From positions 38,998,001-39,062,000 of the forward strand of contig NC_043008.1 of assembly GCF_006345805.1 (NCBI RefSeq): a stretch of DNA of 64,000 bases, read 5' to 3'. The stretch is from Octopus sinensis (lineage: Eukaryota). Below, one piece after another: positions 37,855-49,200 of this stretch. The notes under the pieces were generated by a model. It saw only the letters and a program-made list of their open reading frames with translations. It ran no database searches and was not told the DNA's origin. The stretch's first letter is position 1, and each line of letters opens with the position of its first letter. The position numbers were made by a program, and so were the translations under genes.

Positions 37855-40090
37855 TCATCATCATCATCGATTAATGTCCGTTTTCCATGATGGCATGGGT
37901 TGGACAGTTTGACTGAAATCTTGGAGAGCCAGCTGCTGCAACAGGCTCCAATCTAGTCTAGCATAATTTCTACAGCTAAATGCCCTTCCTAACACCAACT
38001 ATTCTGAGAGTGTAGTGGGTGTTCTTTATGTCCCATTGGCACAGGAGCCAGCTAGCGGGTCACCGGCCCCAGCTATGGTATTGGTTTTACTTGACTCAAG
38101 CATACTGCAAGCTTACGCATGTCCTCGGCATTTATGGCCCATGTTTCACTACCGTATAGCATGACAGTTCACACACATGCATCATACAGTCCACCTTTTC
38201 TCCTGAGTGAGGGGCCATTAGCTGCCAGCAGAGGTAGGAGCTCCCTGAATTTGCCCAGGCTATTATTACTCTAGTTGCTACACTCGCAGAGCAATCACTC
38301 CCACTACATACTTGGTTGCCTAGGTAGTAGAAAGTATTTACTACTTCTAGTTTCTTCCCCAGGCATGTAATGGAAGCTGTTTTCTGAACACCTTCAGTGT
38401 TTATTGCCTCACTGCATCTGCCACACACAAGAAATAATTTTCCCAGTTAACCTTCCTTTGATATTGCTGCACCTTTTATGTGTCCATAGCTTACACCGGG
38501 TGCATTGTATGGAGTTTCTACCAAAGCCTTTTCTACAGAGGAGTTTGTGATTTGACAGCCTGCACACTAACTAAAACTTTGGTTTTGGCTAGGTTAACCC
38601 TAAGGCCATTCAATTCTAGACTTTGCTTCCACGCCCTAACCTTTGGCTCCAGTTCCAGCAGTGACTCTGCTATTAGTGCAAGGTCATCAGCATAGAAGAG
38701 CAGCCTGTCTTGAATTCCTGTTATTGCCTGGAGGACTATAATGAATAAGAGGGGGCTGAGGACTGATCTTAGGTTGACCCTTACCCCTACCCGATATTCT
38801 TCACCGTACTCGTTGCCAACCGTCACCTTACTGTACATGGCTTGTACAGCTCTCAATAAACATTCATCCATCTCTAGTCTCCTCATTGACCACCAGATAG
38901 GGGATCGGGGGACCCTGTCAATGAAAGCCAGGTACAGAGTTTTATCTTGAACTAGCTATTTCTCCTGCATCTGTCTTATCAGAAATATAGCATCAGTGGT
39001 GCTTTCCCCTGGCACAAACCGAAACTGCATCTCATCTAGACTGCCTCTCTCCCTAATTACTTGGGCTATGACCCTCTCCGTGACCTTCATTACCTGATCC
39101 AACAACTTGATACCTCTGTAATTATTTGTATCTAATGCATCACCTTTACCTTTGTTAGCAGTTGATTATGGTGCTGCTACACCAGTCATTGGGTATGACT
39201 CCTTCATGTATCACCTGGTTGACTAGGCTATAGCCGACGCCGCCAGATATTTTGAGCATCTCTGTGGTGATTCCTGATTGTCTGGGGGCTTTCCCTGTCT
39301 TCATACCCTTAATTGCTTTACCTACCAAGGCAGTCAATTTAGATAGATAGCTGGTCCCTCTGTTGGGCTGGCATTCGGCAGACTCTCTTTCTCACATTCA
39401 TTCACTTTATTTAGCAAACTTTCATAATGGCGTCTCCAAACCTGTCTCTTTGCAGCTTTGTTTAAAGCAAGTGAACCGTCACCCATGAGGACACATTTCT
39501 CTCCTAGGACATCTCGATTCTCTCTCACACACTGTCTGGCAACAGGAAAATACTTCAAGTCTTTGGTCATCACGGCGCAGAACATTGGCAAATTTTTCCT
39601 TATTTGCTTCCCCTCTGGCCAAATAAACCTATCTCCTAGCTTCCCTTTTGGCAGTCTGATACAATTCCCTGCTATCACCAGTCTTCCAGTCCTTCAAAGC
39701 CTGTTTCTTTTCCTTACTAGCCCTGTCAACAACATTGTTCCACTACCACGTTACCTTGGGTTGAGAGGAAACTTTGCACCATCCACAGATCTGGTCACTA
39801 GCCCTCAAAAGGTTGTCCTGTAGAAACCTCCAGTTGTCTTCCACAGCTTTGAGTAATATGTCTCTCAATCTCTTTTTGCAGGATCCTTAAGCTTCCAGAC
39901 CCTTCTCCTCCATTCTGGTCATCTTCTGGGCATCCATTTAGCCCTGATCCTGAAGTCGCTAACTACTAATCTATGTTGTGGGGTACATTCTTCACTTGGG
40001 AAGGTTTGGGCATTTACAAGTAGTCGTCTTTCCTGTTTCCTAGTGAGGATGTAGTCAATTTGACTAGTGTGTCTACCAGATTGGTAGGTG
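37855..40090 (-). mobile_element. 5'-truncated, degraded RTE-clade LINE (end of APE, RT, 3' UTR and (GAT)n tail)
   Basis: DYILTRKQ, PSEECTPQHRLVVSDFR, KTGKAPRQSGITTEMLK, KGKGDALDTNNYRGIKLLDQ, DEMQFRFVPGESTTDAIF, SVLSPLLFIIVLQAI...YADDL, LRVNLAKTKVL. Tail ccatgccatcatggaaaacggacattaatcgatgatgatg. Confidence 0.9.
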
Positions 40091-40614
40091 ACTAAATGGC
40101 CCTGAATATGCTAATCGATTACCATTTAGTAATTATGATACTTCTACAATTGAAGATAATTTTAATAAATAATGAATTTATGTATTGTGGCATTTGATAT
40201 TTGTCAATTGTCTACATTGTTCACATAAATGCCAGTACCAGGCAGAGGTGGTTTCCAGCAGTAAGAGAAGCTTAAGAATAAATAAATGGAAATTTGTCGG
40301 CAGAACAAAGTTAGTAACCTTAAGTCACCTCTTACACTCTCAGTGTTGTGATGAGAGCCAAGGTACCCTCTTGTGAGGAATGGACTGAACCGAGAGAGTG
40401 TATATAGTTTGTGTTATTTCATAGTGAAGTTCAAGAGTGTGGGTTGGTTTGTTCATTTGGAATATTTGTTGGTTCTTGAGAGATAGTTATGTTGTTATTG
40501 CTGCTGCATTATCTTATTTTATCACACTGGTACCACATATTTTAGGCTATTATCGCAATAGTGGTGGTACTACTATATTGGATGCAAACCATGTTACAGC
40601 ATCTGGCGACAAAA

Positions 40615-40730
40615 GGTTCAGTACCACTGCGTTGCAACTTGAGCAAGTGTCTTCTACTATAGCCTCGGGCCTACCAAAACCTTGTGAGTAGATTTGGTAG
40701 ACGGAAACTGAATGAAGCCTGTCGTATATA
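40615..40730 (+). mobile_element. SINE family B fragment
   Basis: ggttcagtaccactgcgttgcaacttgagcaagtgtcttctactatagcctcgggcc...gacggaaactga. Confidence 0.75.
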
Positions 40731-40748
40731 TATATATATTATATATAT

Positions 40749-40824
40749 ATACAATAAAGGGCTTCTAAGTAAAGAAGCGTTGTGCTAGACACAACGCTTC
40801 TTTACTTAGAAGCCCTTATTGTAT
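40749..40824. repeat. Near-perfect palindrome (27-bp perfect stem, ~35 bp with one bulge, 5-nt loop)
   Basis: agggcttctaagtaaagaagcgttgtg-ctaga-cacaacgcttctttacttagaagccct, extended by atacaata/tattgtat. Confidence 0.95.
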
Positions 40825-40894
40825 TTCTATATTAATTATATTTAGTCTAATGACTAATTCGTCTTTTGTGCTGGGTCACTGGTAATAATAATTT

Positions 40895-41195
40895 ATTTTT
40901 TATCACCCTAATCCCGCACCGGGCTGCGTGTTGTGTTCTCGAGCAAGGCACTTTATTTCACGTTGCTCCAGTTCACTCAGCTGTAGAAATGAGTTGCGAC
41001 GTCACAGGTGCCAAGCTGTATCGGCCTTTGTCTTTCCCTTGGATAACACTGGTGGCGTGGAGAGGGGAGGCTGGTATGCATGGGCGACTGCTGGCCTTCC
41101 ATAACAACCTTGCCCGGACTTGTGCCTGGGAGGGTAACTTTCTAGGTGCAATCCCATGGTCATTCATGACCGAAGGGGGTCTTTACCCCCTTTAT
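40895..41195 (+). mobile_element. SINE family A variant, headless
   Basis: tgttgtgttctcgagcaaggcactttatttcacgttgctccagttcactcagctg shared with 2231-2553, with a different 3' body. Confidence 0.75.
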
Positions 41196-41196
41196 T

Positions 41197-41225
<29 letters not shown>

Positions 41226-41232
<7 letters not shown>

Positions 41233-41610
41233 AGTGAATTGAAGAAATGGAGTTGAACGAAGATTGAACAGAATTCCTTTTATTGCATTCTACACATGTT
41301 TCAAAAGCCACAATTTTCCAAATTCTGATTAAATAAGGATACCATATTGTGGCTTTCTCTTCAGGAAAAAAATAGGAATTCCGTTGGCAGAACAAAACAG
41401 AACAGAGGCGCAGCAAAGCAATTTGAACGAGGCGGCTCTTTAAGAGCCCATGGCTGAACTCCTTTTTTTTCCTGAAGAGAAAGCCACAATATGGTATCCT
41501 TATTTAATCAGAATTTGGAAAATTGTGGCTTTTGAAACATGTGTAGAATGCAATAAAAGGAATTCTGTTCAATCTTCGTTCAACTCCATTTCTTCAATTC
41601 ACTAATAATA
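41226..41610. mobile_element. Perfect 147-bp inverted repeat (41226-41372 / 41464-41610) with 91-bp spacer; arms look like Penelope pLTR copies, each with a hammerhead motif
   Basis: Arms are exact reverse complements by eye. The right arm reads TTC CTGAAGA G AAAGCCACAAT..31 nt..ATTGTGGCTTT T GAAAC ATGT GT A GAA TGC AATAAA. Confidence 0.85.
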
Positions 41611-41760
41611 TTAAAATTCAATTATCCGCACCAACGCACGGTTGCAACACCAAAAGGTTTTATCTCCAACCGTGCTTTCTTCTGCTGTGATTTTTGCTAC
41701 CAAGGTATCGGTTAAACTTTTGATTAATCTGCAACAAGATTATTCATCTTTCTATTTTAC

Positions 41761-41849
<89 letters not shown>

Positions 41850-41857
<8 letters not shown>

Positions 41858-42035
41858 CATTTGTGTTTCTGTGTTTGTCCCCACCATCGCTTGACAACCG
41901 AGTTTGGTGCATTTACGTCCTCGTAACTTAGCGGTTCGACAAAAGAAAACGAAGTGTAAGTCCTGTGGTCGATTTGTTCGACTAAAGGCTTTGCTCCAGC
42001 ATGGTCGCAGTCAAATGACTGAAATAAGTAAAAGA
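41850..42035 (+). mobile_element. SINE family B, 3' half
   Basis: tgtttgtccccaccatcgcttgacaacc...ctccagcatggtcgcagtcaaatgactgaaa. Confidence 0.75.
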
Positions 42036-42094
42036 AAAGAATATATGGTGGGTATATGTGTATGTGCGTATATTCGTCTATGTGTTTTTGCATG

Positions 42095-42175
<81 letters not shown>

Positions 42176-42764
42176 TGTGCGTGCGTGTGCGTGCGTATGT
42201 GTGTGTATGAATATATATGACAAGATCATTTCGGTTGACTTAAAAAATCGCTTCTGATACAAATCCCACTCTCTCTCTTTCTTGGGGATCTCTTGATCTC
42301 CATAGATCCTGATGTGCCAATTGGATATGCTATGCTAAACTCTCAACTTACCCACGATGCAGCAGTCTGTAATTCGTTGTTCCTTGCATGAAAACAAAAG
42401 GTTGTTTTTGTAAATTAAAAGAAAATTTTATTTAAATTTAGAAATTAATTGTTAAACTTTTGAAAATATCTCCTTTTTCTTTTCGGTTTTATTTATTAAT
42501 CTCCTCTACACACACATACATTTATGGATGTATATTTGTTTATTTTTAACACGCGTGAGTATGCATGCATGTATGCACAAATATATGTGTGCGTGTATGT
42601 ATGTGTGTGTGTGTGTATGTGTGTGTGTGTATGTGAAAGTATATATGCATCCGTTTCAAAAAATTAAGGTCTCAGTCACTGCATAATTCAACATATATAT
42701 GATTCTTTAAATTAATTCAAATCCTTGTCATTGAAGCATTTTGGGTAATTAAAGAAACAAACAT

Positions 42765-43176
42765 GGGGTCTTTTCGGTTTGAACGGCAGTTTTTAAAATA
42801 ATTTCTAGGTAACTAAAAGATTTTAAACTTCGTATACTGGTAGAACGTGTTTATAAAACATCTTTTTCTCTTGGCTTTATTGAGAAAATTCTATAGTTTA
42901 TAAGATATTTGTTGTTTTCTTTTTCTTCAATTTCTGCAATTTCAACAGTCCATTGAGGTAAAAAAACAGTCTGTGCCGTATGAATATGTCCCTCGTTTAA
43001 GAAACAGATTGGGTTTATTTACATTTCTGAAGAAAAAAAGATACCCTTCCCCCCACCCCTAATCCTAACCCTAAAACAGATTGAAATGCAATAGATCGAT
43101 ACTAGGGTCATAATTATGGGTGACAATTTCATATGACACCGCAAGAAAAAACTGCCGTTCAAACCGAAAAGATCCC
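42765..43176 (+). mobile_element. MITE with ~30-bp TIRs and 6-bp TSD (AAACAT)
   Basis: aaacat|ggggtcttttcggtttgaacggcagttttt ... aaaaactgccgttcaaaccgaaaagatccc|aaacat. Confidence 0.9.
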
Positions 43177-43969
43177 AAACATGTATGTTGTATTCTTTGA
43201 TATCATAATTAGACAGAAGAATTCTCCCCATTTTTAACATCTTTTTAGCCTTTTCTACAGTAATCCAATGCAAATTTTTTCCTACTTAAGGGAAATAACC
43301 AATTTGCTGATGTATTATATTTCTCCGCTCGGTTCTGATTAAATGACTGCTGAAGCTATTATGGTATACACAATACACAATTCTCATGACTAATTCATTA
43401 TTCTTATCCGTGTCTATAGAGATGGTGTTTGATTGGTTACATGAACGTTGTTGAAACAATTATGTTCACACATGCATGTTCACTTACGCATGGGTGAACA
43501 TTTTTATAAACAAATTCAGAAGCGCCCAGTGAGTCGGTAAAACTCGAACGTAGGATAGCAGTGAAAACAGCTTAAAAGATTGGGTTAAAAAAAAAAATTA
43601 GAAGGAAAAAGTTGACATCAGAGAATCGAATCCTTACCCTGTCAGATACCGCTCAGTCGGTATCTAAGAGGTACGAGGTTCCATTCACTGTAGCCGCCAG
43701 CTGGCAACTTTTCCGTATTCTAAAGGTATGTAGCCAATTTTCTAAGCTGTTTTCACAACTAACCTACTTTCAAGATTTACTTTGTTATGTCTGGGGAGAG
43801 ACATTTTCTGTAAAATATTTGTATGTATATGTGCATGTATATACTTATACCCACAACACTCGCACTTTATATATGTATAGATATTATATATACATACATA
43901 CATATACGGAAACTAAAAAAGAGCCTGTTGTACATGTGTGTGTGTGTGTGTGTATGCATCTTTGTAGCC

Positions 43970-44160
43970 GTGTCTGACCCTCGCACCATCACATGACAAC
44001 CAATGTTGGTATGTTTATTTCTCCGTAACTTAGCGGTTCGGCATAAAGGACCTGATAGAATAAGTGCTAGGCTTACAAAGAATGTCTCTTGAAGACCCTA
44101 AAACCCTTGAAAACCGTGCTCCAGCATGGCCGCAGTCAAATGACTGAAGGAAGCAATAAA
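43970..44160 (+). mobile_element. SINE family B, 3' half
   Basis: ccgtaacttagcggttcggc...gtgctccagcatggccgcagtcaaatgactgaa. Confidence 0.75.
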
Positions 44161-44279
44161 AATAAATAAAAGAATATATTGATTATATGTCTGTGTGTGT
44201 GTGTGTGTGTGTAATTGTTTTATATCTCCATACATACAAGTATACATATGTATAAATATAAATATATATACACGTGTAT

Positions 44280-45030
44280 AAGTGTGTGTATAGTGTGGTT
44301 ATGCGTGTGTTTGTGTGTGTTTCTGTGCGTGCCTGTGTGTTTGCGTGCATGTGTTTGTCCGTGTGTGTGTGTGTGTTTTGTCTGTGTTTGTGTGCGTGTG
44401 CGTGTGTGTGTGTCTGTCTGTGTGTTTGTGTGTTTTCCTGTGTGCTTGTGTGTGTATGTTTGTGTTTGTGTGTGTGCTTGTGTTTGTGTATGTGTATGTT
44501 TATGTTTGTGTGTGTTTGTGTTTGTGTTTGTGCGAGTATGTGTGTGTGTTAGTGTCTGTGTGTGTGTTTGTGTTTGTGTGTGTGCATGTTTATGTTTGTG
44601 TGTGTGTTTGTGCGAGTGTCTGTGTGTGTGTGTTTGTGTTTGTATGTTTGTGTGTGTGCGTTTGTGCTTGTGTGTATGTATCTGTGTATGTGTCTGTGTG
44701 AGTAGTGGACAGGATATAGATAAGAATGAAGGATTTATGGACGTTCAGCAGAAAAGCTATTCAACAGCGTAGCAAAACATCTTATTTCACTGATGAAACT
44801 ATTCAGTTGTATCAAATGTTATTGTTTCACCTCGTCGTCTAACTAAAACATCTCTCCTTGTCGCCTCCCTTCCCTTCTTCTTCTTCTCCTTCTCCTTCTT
44901 CTTCTCCTTCTTCTTCTTCTCCTTCTCCTTCTCCTCCTCCTCCTCCTTCTCCTTCTCCTTCTCCTCCTCCTCCTCCTCCTTCTCCTTCTTCTTCTTCTTC
45001 TTCTTCTTCTTCTTCTTCTTCTCCTCCCCC
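44280..45030 (+). repeat. Degenerate (TG)n tract (44280-44700) and (CTT/CTC)n tract (44870-45030)
   Basis: Directly visible. Confidence 0.9.
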
Positions 45031-45534
45031 CTCTCTCTGTACGCTTCCTGTTTTCCTGCTATTACTGCCACCTCTACTACATCATCATTATCATCATCAT
45101 CACCTCTACTACGACGCTGCTGCTACTATTGCTGCTGCTGCTGCTGTTACCACTGTTAATGTGAACAATACATTTTTCGTTACACTTATACGTTTGAACA
45201 CCATCACCGGGTCATTGGGTGCCTTCAGCGAATTCCTGTTTGTTGGGTCCTTTGAGACTAGGTCTCAATTCCCCGCTCGTTTTAGGGTCAGTTTCACTTA
45301 CTCCTCTGTTGCAGCAATAACGGAAAGTAAAAAATAAAAACAATAGAACTATTGAAAAGGTTGCAAGATTCAACGAAAATTTTCGAAAAATAAAAAAGAA
45401 ATAAATGGAAATATTACCGGTGAGTGTGTTAAATTATAAGGCACTAAAAGAGAATGACTCCCCAGATACAACAGAATATGGTTCAACACACGAAGTCACA
45501 CAAAGTATCTTGCAAACCAAATCCAAAAACGAAA

Positions 45535-45948
45535 TATATATTTCTTTACTATCAACAAGGGGCTAAACATAGAGGGGGCAAAGACAAACAAAGGGATTAA
45601 GTCGATTACATCGACCCCTGTACGTAACTGGTACTTAATTTATCGACCCCGAAAGGATAAAAGGCAAAGTCGACCTCGGCGGAATTTGAACTCAGAACAC
45701 GACAGACGAAATACCTATTTCTTTACTACCCACAAGGGGCTAAACACAGAGGGGACGAACAAGGACAGACAAACGGATTAAGTCGATTACATCGACCCCA
45801 GTGCGAAACTGGTACTTTATTTATCGACCCCGAAAGGATGAAAGGCAATGTCGACCTCGGCGGAATTTGAACTCAGAACGTAACGACAGACGAAATACTG
45901 CTGAGCGTTTCTCCCGGTGCGCTAACGTGTCTGCCAGCTCGCCGCACC
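45535..45948 (-). mobile_element. SINE family C dimer
   Basis: Two head-to-tail copies of the caaggggctaaac...gtcgacctcggcggaatttgaactcagaac unit, with a single head (gctcgcc end at ~45945). Confidence 0.9.
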
Positions 45949-46125
45949 CAAAAACGAAATATAACGAACGTTTCAATGACTTTAGTTCATTCATGCTCGG
46001 TTGTTGACCTTCTAAGTACATCTGTCGCTCTCGATTAATTTACTGTTCCTATATACAACAGGACATAACTTACACGCGCAGCACACGAGAATCCAACGAG
46101 AAACGCTCTCACTTACGCGCGCGCG

Positions 46126-46174
<49 letters not shown>

Positions 46175-46242
46175 TATCTTGATTGATTAGAATTCCTTTT
46201 ATCGCTATTAACTGCTCATCTCAGAGAGGCCCGCTGTTCTGT

Positions 46243-46497
46243 TACCTTATTTACATTATTTACGATGGATGGATAGGTGTCCTCACAACGTTTCGGCTGA
46301 TGTACTTCCCAGCCTTCATCAGGTGTTCTGGTGGAATTTCGACCCCAATCTTTTATTTGATTAATGGGATACAATGTTCTCATTCCTATGGTATGTTGCT
46401 AATGTTATTTTTCTGTTGATATTACTTTTCAAGTTCCTACCTGGGAATTGAACTTAGAATCCTAGGGTTAGTAGCTTGTCTTCTAATGCTACCACAA
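46243..46497 (-). mobile_element. tRNA-headed SINE (family E) carrying a hammerhead motif at 46284-46325
   Basis: Minus strand: tRNA-like head (..gctactaaccctaggattctaaGTTCAATTCCcagg), then CAC CTGATGA A GGCTG-ggaagtacat-CAGCC GAA ACGT T GTG, ending in taaataatgtaaataa. Confidence 0.65.
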
Positions 46498-46519
46498 CAG
46501 TTCATTGCAACCGATTTGT

Positions 46520-46810
46520 ATGTAGTTTTCCGGGTCCAATAAAGACGCCTCTTGCTGAACAACTGGCACAGATGATTTGTTTGTAGCGATCAAATGTTCG
46601 TGTTGCACATTAACCTACACCATCCATCTAATCGGCATTACTTGAACAGTTGCACGATGTTTCACACATCAGATGACGATGTGGTCGCAGAAGATCTTGA
46701 GATGAAGTGTTTTGCTCAAGAACTGAAAGCACCACTCCGTACGAGATCGAGTCCGTGATATCATGATCGTGAGCGCAACATCCTAACGACCTCGCCTTGC
46801 GCCCTCACGC
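46520..46810 (-). mobile_element. Degenerate tRNA-headed SINE related to family A
   Basis: Reverse complement begins gtgagggcgcaaggcg...aggatgttgcgctcacgatcatgatatcacggactcgatctc...ttcttgagcaaaacacttcatctc. Confidence 0.6.
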
Positions 46811-47394
46811 AGCTGATTTAATCCTGGTATAACATTATCACCTGACAACTGAAAGTGCATTCTGTTGCAAGCATTCGTGTTTCATCAATGACCTGACGAG
46901 GACTTGCTATTTTCCTTCTTCCTCCTAGTATTAGTTTTAGAGGCAGTCATGCGCCCTCGGCAAACCTGCCCTCTTACTATCACTCGTTCCTTACTATTAT
47001 ATCGCAACACTGAACCCCATCCAACCCATAGCCGTTTCTCACAAATGGGTTTAACATGTGAGCATGTATCATGCTTTCGTAAATTCTTTTAAAGTGTCTA
47101 TGTTGTCGGGAACTATTGTACCCTTCATTCAGTGGAGTAACCAGGACGAGATAATTAAAGACACAGAGAGAGGTACGCACCATCACCCGACTTCTAGGTA
47201 ATTCAGTTGTGTAGACAGGAGAAACGTGAAATGAAAGGATTCTTTTAATAAACAGGTTATCAAAACGCCCCCGCCTCTGGATGGAATACTCCATGCCATA
47301 AAATATCTACAGGTTCGCATTTTCTCTATGGAACGTGTGATTTTATACACCAGTCATTCTGTCTTAGTATATCTGAACTAAGCTTACAATTTTA

Positions 47395-47790
47395 TAACTG
47401 GCCGAAATGTTAGCACGTCGGGCTAAATGCTTAGCAGTATTTCGTCTGCCGCTACGTTCTGAGTTCAAATTTCGCCGAGGTCGACTTTGCCTTTCATCCT
47501 TTCGGGGTCGATTAAATAAGCACTAGTTACACACTGGGGTCGATATAATCGACTTAATCCGTTTGTCTGTCCTTGTTTGTTCCCTCTATGTTTAGCCCCT
47601 TATGGGTAGTAAAGAAATAGGTTTTTCGTCTGCCGCTACGTTCTGAGTTCAAACTCCACCGAGGTCGACTTTGTCTTTCATCCTTTCGGGGTCGATTAAA
47701 TAAGTCCCAGTTACGCACTGGGCTTGGTGTAATCGACTTAAATCCTTTTTTTGTCCTCTCTATGTTTAGCCCCCTGTGAGTAATAAAGAA
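47395..47790 (+). mobile_element. SINE family C dimer
   Basis: Head gttagcacgtcgggctaaatgcttagcagtatttcgtc, unit, junction aaagaaataggtttttcgtctgccg, second unit. Confidence 0.9.
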
Positions 47791-48204
47791 ATAAATATAT
47801 CTACCAACCCACCGTTCTTTTGCAGTGTCTCATAAATAACAGTTTCCAACGTGACGAGATGACGCCGAGTAAAATGCTTAGAAGTACTTCGTCCGTCTTT
47901 ATGCTCTGAGTTCAAACTCTTTGCCTTTCATACTTTTCGAATCGATGTAATCGACTCATCTTTTCCCCTGAACTTGCTGGCCTTGTTCCAAAATTTGAAA
48001 CCAATAAGTAACTTTCTGATTTGGACACAATATATGCAGATCTTAGGAGGAGGGAACTAATCGATTCTTATTTCTTTATTGCCCACAAGGGGCTAAATAT
48101 AGAGGGGATAAACAAGGACAGACAAAGGGATTAATCGATTCTATCGACAACGATACTTGACAAGCACTTTATTTCATCCACCCCAAATGGATAAAAGTGG
48201 AGGC

Positions 48205-48440
48205 GCGTGGCTTAGTGGTTAGGGTATCAGTATCATGATCGTAAGATTGTGGTTGCGATACCTGGACCGGGTGACACGTTGTGTTCTTGAGCAAAACACT
48301 TCATTTCACGTTGCTCCAGTCCACTCAGCTGGCAAAAATGAGTAACGCTGCGATGGACTGGCGTCCCGTCCAGCTGGGGAACGCATACGCCATAGAAACC
48401 GGGAAACCGGGCCCATGATCCTGGCTATGCTTTAAAAAAG
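48205..48440 (+). mobile_element. tRNA-derived SINE, family A head with family D-like tail
   Basis: ggaggcgcgtggcttagtggttaggg...ttgagcaaaacacttcatttcacgttgctccagtccactcagctgg...ctgcgatggactggcgtcccgtccag...gaaaccgggaaaccgg. Confidence 0.85.
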
Positions 48441-48832
48441 GCGTATTTATTTTTTATTTTTAAATAGATAAATGGCAAATTTGGCCTCTTTGGGATCTGA
48501 ACGCAGAACATAAACAACTAGCAGAGATATCATAAGGTATTTCTCTGACTCTCAAACGATTCAGCCAATTCACCACTTATAATGTCTGCTAACGGTTTCT
48601 CATTCGAACACGTTCCTTGTAATTTGAAAGGAAAGAATTCATTGATAGCATCGACTCTAGTACTTGACTGAGACGTGATCAACCCAAGATGGATGAAAGC
48701 CAAACTTGACCATGGTAGAATTTGAACTCAGACCGTAAAAACCGAAAAGAAAGCTGCAAAGCGATTTTTTCCTCTTTAAGCTCTCCGCAGTTTTACAGTA
48801 TTTAATAATATTTACTATTATAGGCACACGGA

Positions 48833-49200
48833 AGGTGGCGAGCTGGCAGAATCGTTAGCACACCGAGCGAAATGATGTGGTGTTTCGTCTGCCACTACGT
48901 TTTGAGTTCAAATTCCACCGAAGTCGGCTTTGCCTTTCATCCTTTCATGGTCGATAAATTAAGTACCAGCGAATCACTGTGGTTGATGTAATCGACTAGT
49001 CCCCTCCCCCAAATTTCAGGCTTTATTCCTGCATTAGAAAGGATTATAGGCACAAGGCTTGGGATTTTGAATGGATCTTGAAAGGATAAACGGCAAAGTC
49101 GACTTTGGCAGAATTTGAACACAGAGCGTAAAAAGCTGAGACGAATGTCACAGAGTTTTTTTTCTCATTTTTACCGACGTTCTACCAATTTTGCCAGTTC
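48833..49200. mobile_element. Two SINE family C monomers in tail-to-tail inverted orientation (plus 48833-49020; minus 49045-49200)
   Basis: gagttcaaattccaccgaagtcggctttgcctttcatcc on plus; aaaggataaacggcaaagtcgactttggcagaatttgaac (reverse) just downstream. Confidence 0.7.

Noticed and set aside
43055-43075. Telomere-like cctaatcctaaccctaa
   Set aside because: Only about three units, internal to a MITE. Not an interstitial telomere array.
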